A stretch of 64,000 nucleotides of DNA from Negativicutes bacterium (GTDB taxonomy: Bacteria > Bacillota > Negativicutes > UBA1444): contig CAXXIN010000019.1 of the NCBI GenBank assembly GCA_963665275.2, positions 32,001 through 96,000 of the forward strand, given 5' to 3'. Position 1 is the first letter of the stretch; each line of letters opens with the position of its first letter. The notes under the pieces were generated by a model. It was not told where the DNA came from. It did not search any database and saw only the letters and a program-made list of their open reading frames with translations. Below are positions 1 to 11,299 of the stretch, one piece after another. The position numbers and the translations under genes are program-made.

Positions 1-291
1 GGTCGTGATTTGGACCATCGCAGATCTGCCCATCCGGACTTCACCGACAATGGCGAAATTCACCGGTTCCGTTGGAGATGCAGACTGCACTTCCGAACTG
101 CGAAGCGCGTAACCGTCGACAGTCGAACGATCAAAAGCAGGACTGTCTTCACTACTGATGACATCGACTGCGGCCACCCGGCCCAGCGCCTCCCGTAAAG
201 ACACTACCTCCGTCTTGCGGCCGAGTGTGTTCATAAATCGAATCGCCTGAGCACGGGCTGCTTCCGGCGCTATTAATTCCCAAGGTTTCAT
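1..291 (-). CDS. moeA: Molybdopterin molybdenumtransferase MoeA, N-terminal part (runs off the window start)
   Basis: Manual translation from ATG 291: MKPWELIAPEAARAQAIRFMNTLGRKTEVVSLREALGRVAAVDVISSEDSPAFDRSTVDGYALRS; the ALGRV and PxFDRSxVDGYA motifs are typical of MoeA; GGAGG RBS upstream. Not in the ORF track. Confidence 0.9.
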   Translation of the reverse strand, partial: MKPWELIAPEAARAQAIRFMNTLGRKTEVVSLREALGRVAAVDVISSEDSPAFDRSTVDGYALRSSEVQSASPTEPVNFAIVGEVRMGRSAMVQITT

Positions 292-324
292 ACCAGATTC
301 CTCCAATATAGTTCACATCAGCCT

Positions 325-1327
325 TTATGGCCCAAAGATGCTTTGACGTCCTTTCAGCAGACACTCGAAACAGGTCAGCTGTTGTCCAGCCGGTTTGAAG
401 GGCTGTCCGCATTCGTTGCAATGAGGAAACTGGGCAGTCCGTAGTAGTTGCCCCACCGCTTTCCCTTCCGGCGTCAGGGCGATGGCGTTTACCGGGCAAT
501 GGGCTATGCACAGGCCGCAACCAGTGCATAACAAAGGGGCGTGCCACAATTCCACGCCAGTCTCGTTCTCAATGCCTGATATCGCCTGTGTCGGACAAAT
601 TTTGGCGCACAAAGCGCAGGCAATGCAACCGGGTGCAATCTCCAGCGTAGGGAATACTTCCTGTTTTTCAGCCAACAATGCGCCGCCGCGATCTTGCAGC
701 CCCTCCGAGCGCCACCGGGCCTTCGGCAGAGGGGCGGTATCTGCTTCAGGCCACATCACGTTGCGGGCCGTTTCCACACCGGTTGAGAAAAGCGAGGTAA
801 AAAAAGACCGCCGGTTCATGGCCGCAGTTTCCTTCACTGAAGCAGGAGGTTTTTCTCCTAACAACACGCGTCCGCTGCCCAGGCGAGCCAGGAATCGGTT
901 CGCACGGTCCATTTCCCGGTTCAGGTTCTCCGCTACAGGGGTCCGACACTCCTGGCAATGGGAGGAATAGATGAATATGTCACGCCCTTGCGCCGTCTTC
1001 GGCCATGCCAGAGCCACCAAATCGCGCGCATTCAGGAATCCGAGGCAGGGACCAGGGGCCCGTTCCATAACGTCGGCAGGAAAGGTGCAATGGGTCTTCC
1101 GTTCGTTCGGTCGCCTCTTTCCAGGCCGATACAGGAAGGCCTTCGACGCCGATGGCATCCACGGGACAAACCGACAGGCAGAGCCCACAGCCATTGCACC
1201 GCTCAGGCAAAGTCTGACCGGTTTCATCCCAGCAGCCCTGGGGACAGATATTCCGGCAGTTGTGACATTCCGTCCTTTTATAGTTATAATTAAGGCAACG
1301 GTCTTCATCAATAATAAAGTAACCCAT
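325..1327 (-). CDS. Multi-[4Fe-4S] (polyferredoxin-like) protein, split by a +1 frameshift near 1048
   Basis: N-half (MGYFIIDEDRC..CHNCRNICP..CNGCGLCLSVCP) is in ORF 980..1366 and C-half (CIACALCAKICP, CTGCGLCIAHCP, CNEC..CFEC) is in ORF 325..1395; removing one C from tgg-tccc-tgc joins them as GPWSCLGFL. Confidence 0.8.
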
Positions 1328-1448
1328 TCGGAATGTTTCGATACTCCCGGGAAGATGTCCTGCCAAAAAAACAAGATAACTTTTTGTTCATACAAGGATT
1401 CCTAAAAATTTTGGCGAATAATAAAATGAATACTGAAAGGATTTGTTT

Positions 1449-2354
1449 ATGCTGAAAGCTTGGTTTGTCGCGATGCGGCCCTGGTCCTTCACTGCCTCCT
1501 TCGTCCCTGTGGCAGTGGGAACAGCGCTCGCTTGGGCTCAGGGTTTTTTCAACCCATGGTTGTTTTTGTTTACTGCGCTCGGAGGAATGTCCATCCAGGC
1601 CGGGACCAACTTCATCAATACCTATGGAGACTATCGTTCTGGCGTCGATACGGTCGCTTCCGCAATAACCTGTCCCCAGCTTGTCAACGGTTCTATGAAA
1701 CCGGCCGACATGAAGAGGGCAGGCCTATTTGCGTTCGGCTTCGCGGGGACCATCGGGCTCGGATTATCTTGGCACAGCGGCTGGGAAGTCCTGGTGGTAG
1801 GCCTCGTGGGAATTTTGGGCGGCTACGCCTATACTGCAGGCCCTTTTCCGTACAAATACCGCGGCCTCGGAACAATTCTCGTTTTTTTCCTCATGGGCCC
1901 GATGATGGCCTGGCCCGCCTGGTTCATCCAGACCGGCAGCTACAGCTGGACTCCCCTGCTCGCCGCCATCCCCGTCGGGTGTCTGGTTTCGGCCATTCTG
2001 AACGGCAATGATGTCCGCGATATCGAACATGACCGTGCCGCCGGCATCATTACCCTCGCCACCCAACTCGGCTTTAACAACAGTCTGCAACTGCAGCGGC
2101 GTCTGTTTTGGATTGCCTTCTGCTCCTTATTAGCCCTGGTCGCACTGAAAGTACTCCCCGTTCCAGCTCTGCTGCCATTCATCCTCCTGCCGATTTTTCG
2201 CCAGAACCTGCTTCTCATCAAAAAAGCGGAAGCAGGAATCACTGCACCCTTGCTCCAATTGGAAGCAACGGCGGCAGGATTTCATTTTCAGTTTGGAATT
2301 TTATTGGCCGCGGGATTGATCTTTCATCCCTGGTTGGCCGGGAAAGGGTTATAG
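1449..2354 (+). CDS. menA: 1,4-dihydroxy-2-naphthoate polyprenyltransferase (UbiA family)
   Basis: WFVAMRPWSF start, NTYGDYxxGVD and NDVRDIEHD motifs, YTAGPFPYKYRGLG, several TM segments. Confidence 0.88.
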   Translation: MLKAWFVAMRPWSFTASFVPVAVGTALAWAQGFFNPWLFLFTALGGMSIQAGTNFINTYGDYRSGVDTVASAITCPQLVNGSMKPADMKRAGLFAFGFAGTIGLGLSWHSGWEVLVVGLVGILGGYAYTAGPFPYKYRGLGTILVFFLMGPMMAWPAWFIQTGSYSWTPLLAAIPVGCLVSAILNGNDVRDIEHDRAAGIITLATQLGFNNSLQLQRRLFWIAFCSLLALVALKVLPVPALLPFILLPIFRQNLLLIKKAEAGITAPLLQLEATAAGFHFQFGILLAAGLIFHPWLAGKGL

Positions 2355-2357
2355 ACG

Positions 2358-2963
2358 ATGCAGGCGCTCGGGTTCACACTGCTGTTGGCAGTTTTTTTCT
2401 GGTTTGTGACATTTTCGCTGCAATGGTTCAATTTTTGGCTGTCCATGTGTATTGCCGTCTCAATTCTTACGGCACTGGCTTTACAGCTTGGCGGCAACCC
2501 TTTTTCCCGCAGGGATTGGAACGCGCGGGCCGTTTTTTCGGGTGTCGCTGCTGCGGCCGCTCTGTATGCTATTTTTTGGCTTGGCAACAGCCTGTCTCAA
2601 GTTCTGTTTCACTTCGCCAAACCGCAGATCGCTTCGATCTATGGCATCCGGACCCAGGGTGAAGCCGTCGTGATGGCGCTTATCCTGCTGTTCATCACCA
2701 GTCCCGGGGAAGAGATCTTCTGGCGCGGTTTCGTCCAACGACGCCTGGTTCAACACTTCGGCGCACGGCGAGGCTGGTTATTCGCTTCGGCGGTATATGC
2801 AGCAGTGCATATTGCCTCAGGAAATTTCATGCTCACGATGGCTGCGCTCATAGCCGGGCTATTCTGGGGATGGCTTTACCAACGGGAACAAAACCTGGTT
2901 CCCTGTATCGTGTCCCACGCCCTTTGGACCGTAACCATTTTTATTTGGCTTCCCATTTCGTGA
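2358..2963 (+). CDS. CPBP (CAAX/Abi) family intramembrane glutamic endopeptidase
   Basis: EEIFWRG, YAAVH and SHALW motifs; hydrophobic throughout. Confidence 0.88.
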   Translation: MQALGFTLLLAVFFWFVTFSLQWFNFWLSMCIAVSILTALALQLGGNPFSRRDWNARAVFSGVAAAAALYAIFWLGNSLSQVLFHFAKPQIASIYGIRTQGEAVVMALILLFITSPGEEIFWRGFVQRRLVQHFGARRGWLFASAVYAAVHIASGNFMLTMAALIAGLFWGWLYQREQNLVPCIVSHALWTVTIFIWLPIS

Positions 2964-2994
2964 GAGTCAGTTGAGTATCAAAGGAGACGAACGC

Positions 2995-3789
2995 ATGAAT
3001 CTTTCACCCATTTATGCCCCGGTCCAGTCACTGCTGGAAGCGGCCGAGGCGGAAATTACCCGTTTGGTCCACGATTTTGGCGAACCGGAAGTTCGCGAGG
3101 TGCTCGGCCAGTTCCTGTCTCATCCAGGAAAAAGGATTCGGCCGGCGCTGCTCTTTCTCTCCGCCGGTGCAGGCAACCCCGATACACAAACTCCGCCGCC
3201 GTTTCTGGTCAAAGCCGCAACCGCTTTTGAACTGGTTCACAGTGCCAGCCTGGTCCACGATGATATAATCGACGTCTCCGACTCGCGCCGGGGCGTGCCG
3301 ACAGTCAACGGACGTTTCGGCAACACCGTCGCGGTACTGGCAGGCGACATCCTTTACGCACAAGCCTTCCTGATGCTTTCCGGCAATGTGCCGATCTTCC
3401 GGATCATCCTGGATGTGACCAAACACATGTGTATGGGAGAAATTCACCAGATGCGGGCCAAAGAAATGACCGAAGATCTTTATTTCAAAGTCATCGAAAG
3501 CAAAACGGCGCATCTGATGTCAGCCAGCTGCGAAGTAGGCGCGACCCTATCCGGAGCTTCGCCTGAAACGGTGGAAGCGTTGCGCGAATTCGGCCGCCGC
3601 TTCGGCTTTTTGTACCAGCTCGTGGATGACTGGCAGGACGGTGACGCCCCTGTGACAAACTTCCACTTCGCAGGACAAATCGAGCGCCAACGGGTTTTGG
3701 CCCGGGAAAGCCTCAATAACGTCCCCGAATCGTCCTACCGCACCGCACTGCTGGGGTTTGTCGATGAACTGGCTGCCGTAGCCCTCTAA
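2995..3789 (+). CDS. Polyprenyl diphosphate synthase family protein (short, 264 aa)
   Basis: GKRIRP, ASLVHDDIID..RRG, LAGD, KTA and YQLVDDWQD motifs; AAGGAG RBS before ATG 2995. Confidence 0.88.
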   Translation: MNLSPIYAPVQSLLEAAEAEITRLVHDFGEPEVREVLGQFLSHPGKRIRPALLFLSAGAGNPDTQTPPPFLVKAATAFELVHSASLVHDDIIDVSDSRRGVPTVNGRFGNTVAVLAGDILYAQAFLMLSGNVPIFRIILDVTKHMCMGEIHQMRAKEMTEDLYFKVIESKTAHLMSASCEVGATLSGASPETVEALREFGRRFGFLYQLVDDWQDGDAPVTNFHFAGQIERQRVLARESLNNVPESSYRTALLGFVDELAAVAL

Positions 3790-3807
3790 ATTTAGGGATA
3801 TATATAC

Positions 3808-3854
3808 GAAAGCCTCCTGCGTAGAATTTGAATTTCTACATCAGGAGGCTTTTT

Positions 3855-3855
<1 letters not shown>
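3808..3855. terminator. Bidirectional intrinsic terminator between the prenyl synthase gene and glpK
   Basis: gaaagcctcctg...caggaggcttttt inverted repeat between convergent genes. Confidence 0.8.
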
Positions 3856-6146
<2,291 letters not shown>

Positions 6147-6155
6147 AACCATACC

Positions 6156-6620
6156 TTACATCCGACCCACAACGGAAGACATGTGACCGCACCATTCAGC
6201 GGTTTCGCGGAATACGTCCCTGAGCAGATAATAGTACAGGCTTTCGGCGAACGCAGCCGTCGCCTGCTCGGACAGAAGCGCCCCCATGTCCTCGGACAGG
6301 GGCGTTTCCAACTTTGAGCCCAAAACCCAACTTACAGGCCCAACAGCATATTCTTTCCAGCTGTAAACAGTCCGCCAATTATCTGCAAAGGCGAACGTGG
6401 TTTCCAGCTGTTTCTTTACCATAAATACTTTGGAGCCCAGCGGGTCCAACAATACCCCAAGGTTCTTTGCATCAGCGCGTGCACTAGAAGAGCAAAACCT
6501 ATCAACCCAGACAACATCAATGTTGTCGGCAGTCGCCGCCGCACAGTCAAACCCTGCATACTGCCATATTTTCTGTTCCGCCGCGGACATGCCCGGCGCC
6601 AATAGCACGAACCGCTTCAT
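6156..6620 (-). CDS. Hypothetical protein (154 aa)
   Basis: Clean ORF with GGAG-type RBS filling the gap; no motif recognised. Confidence 0.65.
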   Translation of the reverse strand: MKRFVLLAPGMSAAEQKIWQYAGFDCAAATADNIDVVWVDRFCSSSARADAKNLGVLLDPLGSKVFMVKKQLETTFAFADNWRTVYSWKEYAVGPVSWVLGSKLETPLSEDMGALLSEQATAAFAESLYYYLLRDVFRETAEWCGHMSSVVGRM

Positions 6621-6720
6621 CGACCACCCTGCTCCCCCTTACTTTACGCGTCTATCCTGTAATGTAAATAATTTCGACAATATTCAGCCATTCCCTGCTC
6701 CTGTGCAGTTGCCGGGAGAA

Positions 6721-6735
6721 CAATTACGGTACAAT
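6721..6735. repeat. 15-bp direct repeat caattacggtacaat, copy 1
   Basis: Identical to 9384..9398. Confidence 0.85.
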
Positions 6736-6848
6736 GCTTGCACTTGGGAGTACCCCTCAAATTATAGTTGGCGCCGAGAGAACAAAAGCAATTATACTAA
6801 TGATGTCAATCCAACAGAAAGTTGCCCAAGGAGGAACGAGATTCACCC

Positions 6849-7496
6849 ATGATACGAATTCACAACAACTCCGATACGGTCTTTATCGTGGTGCATGAAA
6901 TCTATGGAATCAATGCACACATTACGGGGGTCTGTGACAGGCTGGCAAAAACCAAAGCCGACGTGCTGTGCCCGAATCTGCTCGGCAACAGACATGAGCC
7001 CTTTCATTACACTGAAGAGCTGGATGCCTATCAATATTTTATGCAAAATGTCGGGTTTGCTTCAGCGCAAGAGCAAATCGAAACGCTGGTTCGAGGCGTA
7101 CGGGATCAGTATCGTTATTGCTTTGTCATAGGCTACAGTATTGGCGCGACTATCGCTTGGCTTTGCAGCCGCCAGGCAGACTTATGCAGCGGAGTCATAG
7201 GAATATATGGTTCACGCATACGGGATTATACGACTCAGGAAGCGCAATGCCCGGTATTGCTTTGCTTTCCCCGCGTGGAAGAGAGTTTCGATGTGGCGGA
7301 GTTAGTCGAAGCTCTCGCAGGCAAAATCAACGTGAATCTGATCAAAGCTGATGCACTACATGGCTTTGCCGATCCTTTGTCTGAGAAATACTGTGCGGCG
7401 GAAAACGAAACGCTGTGGAGGAAAATATTCACATTCATCGAAGCACAGAAGGAGAACGCACCCATGAAACTAATCCAAGCAATTGAAAGTCGCTAG
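6849..7496 (+). CDS. Dienelactone hydrolase family protein
   Basis: VHEIYGIN, GYSIGA nucleophile elbow, YGSRIRD, HGF; GGAGG RBS. Confidence 0.85.
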   Translation: MIRIHNNSDTVFIVVHEIYGINAHITGVCDRLAKTKADVLCPNLLGNRHEPFHYTEELDAYQYFMQNVGFASAQEQIETLVRGVRDQYRYCFVIGYSIGATIAWLCSRQADLCSGVIGIYGSRIRDYTTQEAQCPVLLCFPRVEESFDVAELVEALAGKINVNLIKADALHGFADPLSEKYCAAENETLWRKIFTFIEAQKENAPMKLIQAIESR

Positions 7497-7499
7497 AAC

Positions 7500-7670
7500 A
7501 AACGTCAGCCGATGGATGGCGCAGTATCAGTCTTTTGGATCAGAGGTGCTACAAGACACTTGCAGAAAGCAGCCCTATTCGCGACGCTGAAAGAAGCGGC
7601 CGTACTGGATTATTTATCGGGTTACAATTTGAAAATGGAGCTTTGCGAAAAATACGAGTGTAGAAATCAA
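7500..7670 (+). pseudogene. Degenerate IS3-family transposase OrfA (HTH) fragment
   Basis: Two frames read NVSRWMAQYQSFGSEVLQDTCRKQPYS and TLKEAAVLDYLSGYNLKMELCEKYECR, resembling the W..Y...G...L...YS..LK..AV.DYLSG.....C.KY pattern of IS3/IS150 OrfA (recognised by eye). Confidence 0.5.
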
Positions 7671-7727
7671 ATGACATACGGAAAACGGTATGATAAAATT
7701 CTTTTGTATATGGAAATTGTGGGGTAA

Positions 7728-9311
7728 TTGTCAACAATTATGGAACAAAAGTTGCTAACCATCATACTCTTGTATGGTACTGTTGTGGGAACACTCAATG
7801 TATTCAGCAGCTCCTGTTTGAATATGGGGCCAATTATTGTAGGCATATGCGCTATCAGCGCTTTATTTTATTGTGCTCTATTTTTTGTGGCGAAGAATAA
7901 GCAAAAACATAAACTTGTGGTGGTACTTTCTCTTTCTTTCACCTACTTGGTTCTTGTTCCAACCATCTGGATATTCAACGGAGGGACATGGGGATTCAAC
8001 GGGGCATACATCATATTAGTTTCCTCTTGCTCGGCCATATTATGCAGAGGAAAGAGTCGCATCGCAGCGATCGGCAGCCTATTAATCATCTCAAGTTTCT
8101 TAATTTATCTTGAATATATACACCCAGAGATGATAGTCGCTTACGAAACAAAGTTTGCGAGATATCAAGATATTTACACCACTATACTTATGGTTATTAT
8201 CGCTAATGCGATGCTATTTGGCCTTATTCTGCGTGAGTACGATCAAGAACACTCTGATTTGGAAAAATCTCGCATTGAACTCCTACACTTGAGCTACTAT
8301 GATACCCTCACAGGGATATACAACAGAACTTTTTTTATCAAAGAACTCAAAGAGGAGAAATATCTTCATGGTGGAGGTATAGCACTCTTTGTCGTCGATA
8401 CTGATGGGCTAAAATTCATTAATGATACATTTGGTCATGCGCAAGGGGACAAATTGCTTGTGCAAACGGCCCAATGTCTAAAAGATATTTTTACTGACAA
8501 AGGCATTATTTGTAGAACTGGTGGAGATGAATTTGCTGTGCTGCTCCAGGACCTTACGCTTGACGATGCCGAAAACTATCATAAAAGCCTGCAAGAAAGA
8601 GTTCAAAATGAAAGTCAAGAAAAATTGATAAATGCAAGCCCCTTGCAAATGTCGGTTGGTTATGCCTATTCAGACGAAATCGGGGTCAATCTTGAAGAGC
8701 TTCTTCTAAAGGCGGACAATAAGATGTATCGCCAAAAATTGAGTAAGCATATTGGCGGCAAAGGAGCCATCATTCATACGATTCAGCAAGTAATGTCAGC
8801 TCGTGATATCGATACAGGAAAGCATGTTGGCAGAGTAAAACAGTTAATTGAAGATTTTGCTGGAATAGTTGGAGTTCCCGAGTCGGAGATTGCTGAATTA
8901 CAATTGCTAGCCGAGTTTCATGACATTGGCAAGGTTGGTATTCCAGACCAAATATTAAATAAACCGGGCCCCTTGTCCACAGAAGAACGCGAAATAATGG
9001 AACGGCATGCTGAGATTGGCTACAACATTGCAAAGACATCGCGAGAATTGTTTCCTGTTGCTCAATGGATACTGGAACATCATGAGCGGTGGGATGGAAA
9101 GGGATATCCCTTGGGCACTGCCCGAGATGCGATTCCTCTTGCAAGTCGCATATTGGCAATTGTTGATGCATTTGACGCAATGCTAAGTAATCGCCCGTAT
9201 CGGGCGGCTATGAGTAAAGATAGTGCATTAAGTGAGTTAGAAAAACATGCTGGAAGCCAGTTTGACCCTGTATTAACCAAACAATTTGTTGCATATGTGC
9301 GATTAGTATAA
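7728..9311 (+). CDS. Membrane-anchored diguanylate cyclase / HD-GYP phosphodiesterase
   Basis: About 6 N-terminal TM helices; DxLTG.YNR, NDTFGH..GD, intact GGDEF; HDIGK and HHERWDGKGYP; visibly AT-richer than its flanks. Confidence 0.93.
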   Translation: MSTIMEQKLLTIILLYGTVVGTLNVFSSSCLNMGPIIVGICAISALFYCALFFVAKNKQKHKLVVVLSLSFTYLVLVPTIWIFNGGTWGFNGAYIILVSSCSAILCRGKSRIAAIGSLLIISSFLIYLEYIHPEMIVAYETKFARYQDIYTTILMVIIANAMLFGLILREYDQEHSDLEKSRIELLHLSYYDTLTGIYNRTFFIKELKEEKYLHGGGIALFVVDTDGLKFINDTFGHAQGDKLLVQTAQCLKDIFTDKGIICRTGGDEFAVLLQDLTLDDAENYHKSLQERVQNESQEKLINASPLQMSVGYAYSDEIGVNLEELLLKADNKMYRQKLSKHIGGKGAIIHTIQQVMSARDIDTGKHVGRVKQLIEDFAGIVGVPESEIAELQLLAEFHDIGKVGIPDQILNKPGPLSTEEREIMERHAEIGYNIAKTSRELFPVAQWILEHHERWDGKGYPLGTARDAIPLASRILAIVDAFDAMLSNRPYRAAMSKDSALSELEKHAGSQFDPVLTKQFVAYVRLV

Positions 9312-9383
9312 AAGGTGGTATAACCGGAAACAAAAACTATGCACCAAGCTAACAAAATCAAGCAGTTCATTGATTTAGCACTT

Positions 9384-9398
9384 CAATTACGGTACAAT
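9384..9398. repeat. 15-bp direct repeat, copy 2; contains the -10 box (TACAAT) of the probable cyclophilin promoter
   Basis: Identical to 6721..6735; TTGATT-N17-TACAAT here. Confidence 0.85.
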
Positions 9399-9450
9399 TA
9401 CAAGGTGATTTATTTCAACAGGCAATAAAAGTTAGAACGGAGGATTCACC

Positions 9451-10071
9451 ATGATTCTAAAAAACAGATGGGCCACAGTGCTCATGCTCTGCACCTCGAT
9501 GCTGTTCATGACCGGTTGCTCTGGCAGCGCCGGCACCCCCACTCCCGCCGATAAGCCGGCCCCTAAAGCAGAAAATGACAAACCGACCACACCGGCAGCT
9601 CCGGCGGCAAAAAACCGTGTGGCCCGTGTTGAAACAAGCAAGGGAACCTTTAGAATCGAATTGTTTGAAGACAAGGCGCCGATTACGACGAAAAACTTCA
9701 TCGATCTGGCAACCAAGGGTTTCTATGACGGAGTCATTTTCCACCGGGTGATCGATGGGTTCATGATTCAGGGCGGCGATCCCACCGGAACGGGTCGTGG
9801 CGGCCCCGGCTACAAGATTCCTGACGAATTCCACCCCGACCTGAAACATGATGTCCCCGGCATCCTGTCGATGGCCAATGCGGGACCCAATACCGGCGGT
9901 TCCCAATTCTTCATCACCCTCGGCCCCACCCCGCATCTGAACAATCGTCATGCGGTATTCGGCAAGGTCATTGAAGGACTTGATGTCGTCAAAGCCATCG
10001 GCAAAGCGGCTACCGGCCCTGGCGACCGCCCCCTCGACGATATCGTAATGAAAAAAGTCACCATCGAATAA
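9451..10071 (+). CDS. Cyclophilin-type peptidyl-prolyl isomerase, lipoprotein
   Basis: Lipobox-like MTGC; [38 protein letters not shown]. Confidence 0.95.
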   Translation: MILKNRWATVLMLCTSMLFMTGCSGSAGTPTPADKPAPKAENDKPTTPAAPAAKNRVARVETSKGTFRIELFEDKAPITTKNFIDLATKGFYDGVIFHRVIDGFMIQGGDPTGTGRGGPGYKIPDEFHPDLKHDVPGILSMANAGPNTGGSQFFITLGPTPHLNNRHAVFGKVIEGLDVVKAIGKAATGPGDRPLDDIVMKKVTIE

Positions 10072-10113
10072 ATCACCATTGCAAGATAAACCTTATCCGC
10101 TCTGATAAAGGTG

Positions 10114-10145
10114 AAAAGGGAGTCCCTCGCGAGGGGCTCCCTTTT
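10114..10145. terminator. Bidirectional terminator
   Basis: aaaagggagtccc...gggctccctttt hairpin between convergent genes. Confidence 0.8.
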
Positions 10146-10186
10146 GTATGTCTTTTTCTTTTCTCGTTGACGCAAATCCGCCCCGG

Positions 10187-11284
10187 TTAGTGCCGGGTCT
10201 TGGCCAAGGCCAAGGCGACTCCCGTTTCGGCATCAAACAGATGAATGTTGCCGCGGACCGGCCTAACATGAATCATTTCCCCGGCACTCGGCACCGTCTC
10301 CGGCGTAGCCATGCGGATGACGATCACCTCGCCGTCTGGGGTTTTGCCATGGATCAACGCCTCGGAGCCGATATTTTCGACCACGTCGACCAGACAGGGA
10401 ATCGCTGCGCCATCTTCAACCAAGTCGAGGTTTTCCGGACGGATACCAAGAACGATACGATCACGGACCGGCGCATCTTCGCTGAATTCCGGCAGCGGCA
10501 ATGTGACGCCCTGTCCTTCGAACCTGAATCCGTCGGCTCCACGCAGGGTTTTTCCCCGCAGAAATTGCATCGGCGGCGAGCCGATGAAGGCCGCCACGAA
10601 CATGTTGGCAGGCTCCCGGTAAATGATGCCCGGTTCGCCTACCTGTTGGACATAGCCATCTTTCATTACCACGATCCGTGTTCCCATGGTCATGGCTTCC
10701 ACCTGGTCATGGGTAACATAAACCACCGTGGTTTTCAAGCGCTGGTGAAGTTTGATGAGTTCCGCCCGGGTCTGCACCCGCAGTTTGGCATCCAGATTGG
10801 ACAACGGCTCGTCCATGAGAAATACCTGCGGGTCACGGACGATCGCCCGCCCCAAAGCCACCCGCTGCTGCTGCCCCCCCGACAACTGACGGGGAAAGCG
10901 GTCCAGCAGCGCTTCGAGTCCCAAGATGGCCGCGGTTTTCTGGATGCGCGCATCCACCTCGGCTTTATCCATTCCGCGAAGCTTGAGGCTATAGGACATA
11001 TTGGAATAGACCTTCATGTGGGGGTACAGCGCATAGTTTTGAAAAACCATCGCGATGTCGCGATACTTTGGTTCCAGGTGTGTCACATCTTTGTCACCGA
11101 TGCGGATTTCCCCGGACGTTGGTTCTTCCAGGCCCGCGATCATGCGCAATGTAGTTGTCTTTCCACAACCGGAAGGACCCACCAGGACCAGAAACTCCCC
11201 ATCGACAATTTCCAGATCCATCGGCGCCACAGCTATCTGCGCGCCGAACAATTTACTGATTTTGCGTAGAGTTACCCCCGCCAT
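10187..11284 (-). CDS. ugpC: sn-glycerol-3-phosphate/carbohydrate ABC transporter ATPase
   Basis: GPSGCGKT, FQNYALYPHM, LSGGQQQR, DEPLSNLDAKLR; glp context. Confidence 0.88.
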   Translation of the reverse strand: MAGVTLRKISKLFGAQIAVAPMDLEIVDGEFLVLVGPSGCGKTTTLRMIAGLEEPTSGEIRIGDKDVTHLEPKYRDIAMVFQNYALYPHMKVYSNMSYSLKLRGMDKAEVDARIQKTAAILGLEALLDRFPRQLSGGQQQRVALGRAIVRDPQVFLMDEPLSNLDAKLRVQTRAELIKLHQRLKTTVVYVTHDQVEAMTMGTRIVVMKDGYVQQVGEPGIIYREPANMFVAAFIGSPPMQFLRGKTLRGADGFRFEGQGVTLPLPEFSEDAPVRDRIVLGIRPENLDLVEDGAAIPCLVDVVENIGSEALIHGKTPDGEVIVIRMATPETVPSAGEMIHVRPVRGNIHLFDAETGVALALAKTRH

Positions 11285-11299
11285 GTCGTCATCCCCTTG

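Noticed and set aside
10148-11269. 373-aa plus-strand ORF
   Set aside because: Antisense shadow of ugpC with no motifs or RBS; common for GC-rich ABC ATPase genes.
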